A stretch of 64,000 nt of DNA from Cyanophora paradoxa CCMP329. Its lineage: Eukaryota > Plantae > Glaucophyta. This document shows positions 58,852-64,000 of this stretch, piece after piece. Within the stretch, counting starts at the first letter, position 1. Each line of letters opens with the position of its first letter. The translations under genes were made by a program, and so were the position numbers. The notes under the pieces were generated by a model. It was not told the origin of the DNA. It did not search any database and worked only from the letters and a program-made list of their open reading frames with translations. The stretch covers positions 1 through 64,000 of the forward strand of contig QPMI01000515.1 in the NCBI GenBank assembly GCA_004431415.1. The letters run 5' to 3'.

Positions 58852-59354
58852 CAGGGTTCCGGCCGAAAAATTTTTCGAAAAATAAAACAAAATTTTTTGT
58901 AAAATTTTTTGAAAAATTTTTTGGTCTCGGCTGGACGCTCAAAAAATTTTGCTCGAGAAAATATTCGGGGGGCCCTTTTCTCGTGCAGAACACGTCGTAA
59001 TAAGCTTCCTGTACGTATCTCTTGCATGTATAATGAAGTTTAAGCGATAAGCAATGCGATAGGGGCACTCAGCACGTCGATAAGGGTCAGACCTCACTGT
59101 ACCCCTGGCGAGCCCTAGGAAATTCATGAGTGTGCCTTCGCCCAAATGGGCTCGAAATAAAACTTCTGACCACTTCCCATGCTACAAGAATGTCAAGAGG
59201 ACCTTAAGAGCACGTTTAGAGCGCGTTTGCGCGCCTCTGGAACGTGCCTTCTCGTTTGTATGGCAAAAATTTTTGAGAAATTTTTCAAAAATTTTTTAAA
59301 ATTTTTAAAATTTTTTGGGGGTCTCCTGGGCCCACAAAAAATTTTGGAACTCTG
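58852..59354. mobile_element. hAT-type MITE (503 bp)
   Basis: TIRs CAGGGTTCC / GGAACTCTG; perfect 8-bp TSD ACTGTGAG (58844-58851 and 59355-59362); subterminal AAAATTTT arrays. Confidence 0.82.
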
Positions 59355-60023
59355 ACTGTGAGTCTGTGACTGCAGCTGAGGGCCTGAGGCTGGGCCGCCG
59401 AAGTTGGTGGGCCACTGGGCCAGTGGCGGGCCACTGGCGGCTCAGCGGCTGGCCCCGCGCGCGGGCCGCGGGCCGCGGCCCCGGTGGGCCGGCGCCGGCC
59501 GCCGGCGCGGACCGTTTGACCGGCGGCGGTGGCGCCGGTGGCCCCGGCTGGCCCGCCGGCCCGGCGCCGGGCCCGTGACCGTGGCAGTGTCGAGTCAGTG
59601 ATGAGCTCAAGCCAGAGAAAGCGTTCGGGTAACCTGGCGGCTCCGCGGCTTGGCGGCTTGACTCGGAACGTTTACTTGACCGACCGAGACCCATGCAGTC
59701 TGATGCAGAGCTAATTAATCTATGCCTTTTTTTTGGGTGAATTACCGGCCACAGCCTATAGCTAGCCTCTGATCTAGATCTAGTCTACTAGCCAGCACTG
59801 CGGCACTGTGGGGGCGTATACAGGCAAGGTGGGGCATGAGTGGTCGGTGCTGTCGCTGGGATTCGAAGGCGTGATTCTCATCGCAGGGCGATTCGCGATC
59901 GAACACGGAAGGCATATGCATGAAATGAAATTAAAAGCGTGCCACGGTGCACGTGTACATGTACGGTACATGTATGCATATGCATTATAACGTTAACGTT
60001 AACCACACCCGTGACCGGACCGC

Positions 60024-60050
<27 letters not shown>
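60024..60050. repeat. (TA)n microsatellite
   Basis: Direct observation. Confidence 0.9.
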
Positions 60051-60055
<5 letters not shown>

Positions 60056-60515
60056 GAAAAGCGTGTACTACGGTAATTAATCTATAGCTATGCCTGCTAG
60101 AACGCCCTGCAGCTGCTTGAATGAGCTCGAGTGTGAGTCGAGTCAGCATGTATGCCATATGCATCATGATCATGACCACTTTCAAAGTTAATTATAAGTC
60201 AAGCCTTATCTAAAGTACCATATCATGATCATGGCATATTACGTATACCCGGCCATGTATGATGATTTGCTAATTGGCACCAGCATTGCAAGTGAATTTG
60301 CAACTTGATTCGGGCAGGCGTGCCTGCAGGTGGGCATTCATGATTTAACCAAGCCGGCGCCTGAAGAGTCGCGCGCATTGTCAGCCTGGCAGTGACAAAT
60401 TCACTGACAATACTACTAGTACTGTACTAGTAGTTCCGCCCAGTGCACGTGGGCCAGTCACACAGACTCACACTGAGTGGCAAGTTCCGCAGTGAACCGC
60501 ACTGGTCCGCACAGT

Positions 60516-61083
60516 TAGGATCGTGGCCGTGGACCGGGCCGGGCCGACCCGGGTCGACCCGGTCGGGTCGGCCCGGCAAGCGGGTCGATCGGGCCGAGCT
60601 CCCGACCCGGGTCAGACCCGATCCGGGCCCGAACCGGGTCGACCCGGGCCGGAGGGTCTTGGGTACACCCTTGGGGACCGTTCTCCACCTTTCTGAAGTG
60701 TTGATAAATGCTGAGACTTCGAATATATAACACATAATATGTGTATTACACTTATATGTCGCACAGATGCATGCAGATGTACATGTACAGTGGACGTGGC
60801 TGCTTGATGGAATATACGTACGTATACCCCCCGAAACAGCAGAAGTTCGTACGTATCCGGAGCGCATAATGCATCTAGATATTGCAAATATTGCATCTTT
60901 ATAATGTATCTGCTGCATTGTAGCACGTTTTCGATGTAATTCATCACGTTTGCGGTGTTCTTTCGGTCGAGAAGGCGGGATCGAAGTACCCCCCCTGGGC
61001 CGACCCGGGTCGACCCGGTCGAGTCGGCCGGGCGAGCGGGTCGGGTCGATCGGGCCGACCCCCCGACCCGGTCCACGCCCCTA
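60516..61083. mobile_element. Probable hAT-like MITE with CCGACCCG/GGGTCGACCC subterminal repeats
   Basis: Ends TAGG..CGTGGACCGGG and CCCGGTCCACGCCCCTA around an AT-rich core; no TSD found. Confidence 0.5.
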
Positions 61084-62629
61084 CTCAGGCCTCTGCAGGC
61101 TCAGCTGCAGCCTGCAGGTCAGCTATAGCCTCATATAGCCGCATGCCATGGCCATGCTCAGTGCTCACTGAGTCACGATCACGCATACATGCGCATTGCG
61201 CACCCCCGGGGCCGCCGGGGGCCGCCGCCGCCCCCAGCCTCAAAGTACCATACCGTAGCTATAGTAACCGTACTAGAACGCGCGCGCGCGCCGGGCGGCC
61301 ACAAACACCCAGCCTGGCAGACCTGAGACGCTAGAACGGTACGGCCCGGCCCGGCGGGTCACGGGGTTTTGCTGAACGATAGCTAGCTGCCGCAGCTCGT
61401 GCCACTACGGCGAGCCTCGCCGATCTACGGCAGCTGCGGGCAGCACGGCGCGCGCGGGCGCGCGTGCGCGCTCATTCAACCAGCCCGCCGGACTAGTACT
61501 GGACCAGCCTAACAGCCGCTGAGCTGCGCGTTGATCTCGCGGCACTAGTATTGATTATATATATAACTATTTTAGAAGGAGCACATATATATACATGGAC
61601 ATGGCGGCGCGCAACTTTGGCAACGCGCACGCACGGCGCAGTATATAGCTACAGTACGGCGCATTCGTTCTTCATGATCAGACTTGATTTCGATCACTGA
61701 GACCGTACGCGTCGGACTAAGCGTATATGTTTTTAAGGAGCAGCCAAAGCACGCATAGTTCAAATGTATCAGCATCGATGTCGGTTCAATGAGCTCGCAC
61801 TCACCGAGACAATACGGCGTGAGCATCGATATGAATTAGGCTGCGCGAGCGACCGGTATACGTACCGCTGGCATATGCATGCGCACCGGTACCGTCGACG
61901 TCCACACGCATGGCGCCGGCGGCGAATCCGAAGCGCCCGCGGGGCAAGTACTGCGGTACTTCACTGGTTTTGCTCATGTGTTGTAAGCTTACTCTTGAAC
62001 AGATGTGGAAACCACTCTTGAGTATCGATATCCCCCTCCTCTGTGCGATCTTGCACCTCGGTATCCTTTTTTACCCAGTTTTCATTAATATTCCAGCGCT
62101 AGTGCTCAATGTCCGCGAACGATTGTGACCTGGCATGCTCTCGCAGGGCTCTCTCAGACTCTGCCGCCGAGATCGACAGGCACGTGCACGTCTGACCTCG
62201 AGGCTCTTGTGCTCTTGCTCCCGCACTTCCCTCTCTAGGCTCCACTCTCTGGAACCTAGTGACTGCATGCGCACCCCACCCCTAGGCCTCCGCCGCGTCC
62301 TTCTCGATCCTCTTGTCTGAACTTCAGCTAGCGCTCGTCCTAGATAGCACCCACCTTCTTCTCCGGATCCGGGCTTTTTACTCAACCTTTTCTCTTTGTC
62401 TGCCCTTCTTCCTCTTGCCCCCCTTGCCCCCTCCTATATTCCTTTCCTACCAAGTCATACATTGCTTCAAAAGGCCACCCCCCCCCCCCCCCACCCCACC
62501 CCACCCCCTCCTCCTCCTCGTCCTCCTCCTCCTTCCCCCCCCCCCCCCCCGCCCGCCCCCTCCACCTGTGCCCTACCTTAAGATATGCTTAATCTGCTTC
62601 AGTTGCAATCGCTTCAGCCGTTTCTCCAG

Positions 62630-64000
62630 TCGCTCTGCTGAGAAGGGCGCAGTGCTCTCGATCGGAACGCAGGACCAGACTTCTTTCAGCTTCATGAAAC
62701 TCAGCCAGTCTACCACTCTGGGCGCTCCTATGACCGTGGAGTTCTGGTGCGTCTGTCTCAAATCGCAATCGTTATATAACGCATGACCAGGATGCGCATC
62801 AATGACGTCGCTCATCTCGGGAGTACATGGCCCTATCTGATGATACAGCACAACTATCCAGAGCCACCCGACCTTGTCACGGACAGCTCGCGAAAATGGA
62901 ATGATGGATGGGGGATCGTCTGGAGAACCGAAAGCGCATATCCGGAAGGAACGTACATGCTAATTGCAAGAGGCATGAATAACCAACCTACAAACGATTG
63001 GTGTGAGACTCGGGTGGTCGCACCAAACGGATTCAGCTCAGACGTTTATTTTACGTCAGCTGTGGTCCGCTGCTTCCGCTCTTGCGCATGCAATTATCCA
63101 CCTTCGCCCCCGCCTTACACATACATCTTACCTACAACGCGCGCAGCAAGGCGTGTGGCGGCACTACGCGGTGCGCGCGCGTGTTTCTTTATTGTATCTG
63201 TCTTGGAATGCAGCGAATGCAAGCTTGCCATTTCACAGCTTTCCTTGTCCGCTGACGGAACATTGTCGTTCTACATAAACGGCGTATCCAAAGGCTCGAC
63301 TACCGTAGTTCATTGCAGCGGCGATAATGGCGGGCCCATAACGAACTATCTCGTCATTCCGACTATATCGCGGGCGACGACTGCTTTCGGCATCGGTGCT
63401 TGGGCCTTCGCCCCGATGGCTGAAGTTGATCTTTCCGGTGCGACGCGCTGTAAATATGCAACGGGCGGTCGTGGGTCGGATCTCTTTGAATGATCTGCGA
63501 GTGGGCAGAAATTAGAGCGTGGTCCGTCGCGCGCTCGGCCACGGAGATCGCGGCGAGCTGGGCAACCACCGTGGACCCCGCCTCGTCGGGTCTCGTCATC
63601 TACTTCCCCTTGGCCGGAGACTACGTGAGCCGCATCGACCGCGCCCTGCTCGCGCCCCTCCATCATGATCATGATCACGACTGAATTGCGCGCGCGCGTC
63701 GTAGAACGGATATGCCAACGGTGTCGGGACTGCATTGCAGAAGCTTTCCTGGCAATTCACATTCGAGACATACAGTTGGATCCCACCCGCTATGATGTTT
63801 CCCCCGAGCACGCCAGGGACCCCCTGGTCCAACGTCAACACGAACATGGACGCCAACAACGGGATGTATGCCACGGTGTACTGGGGTCCTTCAGACCCTC
63901 AAGGCTCCGCAATCACGAAGGTACGAACGCTCGGGTATTTGTGGCTGCGCATGCTGTTCCTCTCAGACTCTGCCCGATGGGAATGCAGTACACTCTGACC
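62630..64000 (+). CDS. 5' part of a host LamG/ConA-like gene, inverted paralog of 33330-38330 (runs off the window)
   Basis: Near-identical peptides WPYLMIQHNYP, WNDGWGI.WRTESA.PEGTY, WATTVDPASSGL, MMFPPSTPGTPWSNVNTNMDANNGMYATVYWG. Confidence 0.7.

Noticed and set aside
1-64000. Naming the host species (intron style suggests a GC-rich alga such as a glaucophyte)
   Set aside because: No marker gene in the window; cannot be supported without a search.

Overview
Eukaryotic (protist/alga-like, short GT-AG introns) DNA in three compositional blocks. (1) 1-~10,630 is extremely GC-rich and intron-rich. Splicing by hand reveals a divergent gene pair that the ORF track misses: a minus-strand tyrosine-recombinase-like gene (catalytic region ~4,040-5,410, frameshifted in this assembly) and an intact 8-exon TET/JBP-family 2OG-Fe(II) dioxygenase (7,993-10,293). 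This block abuts and apparently truncates the polymerase-like gene of block 2. (2) ~10,632-33,319 is an AT-rich, intron-less endogenous Polinton-like virus. It encodes a pPolB N-terminal region, GIY-YIG nuclease, AEP primase-D5 helicase, A32 ATPase, double-jelly-roll MCP, two pentons, a patatin-discoidin fusion, a long fibre plus four paralogous fibres, and AdoMet decarboxylase. It also carries three copies of an iteron-like unit, a near-perfect terminal hairpin, and avoids CpG outside TCG/CGA contexts. (3) 33,320-64,000 is host DNA: two inverted paralogous LamG-like genes, a large Cys-rich repeat membrane-protein gene interrupted by a Helentron-like insertion, and hAT-type MITEs. All calls come from manual motif recognition; no database searches were run.
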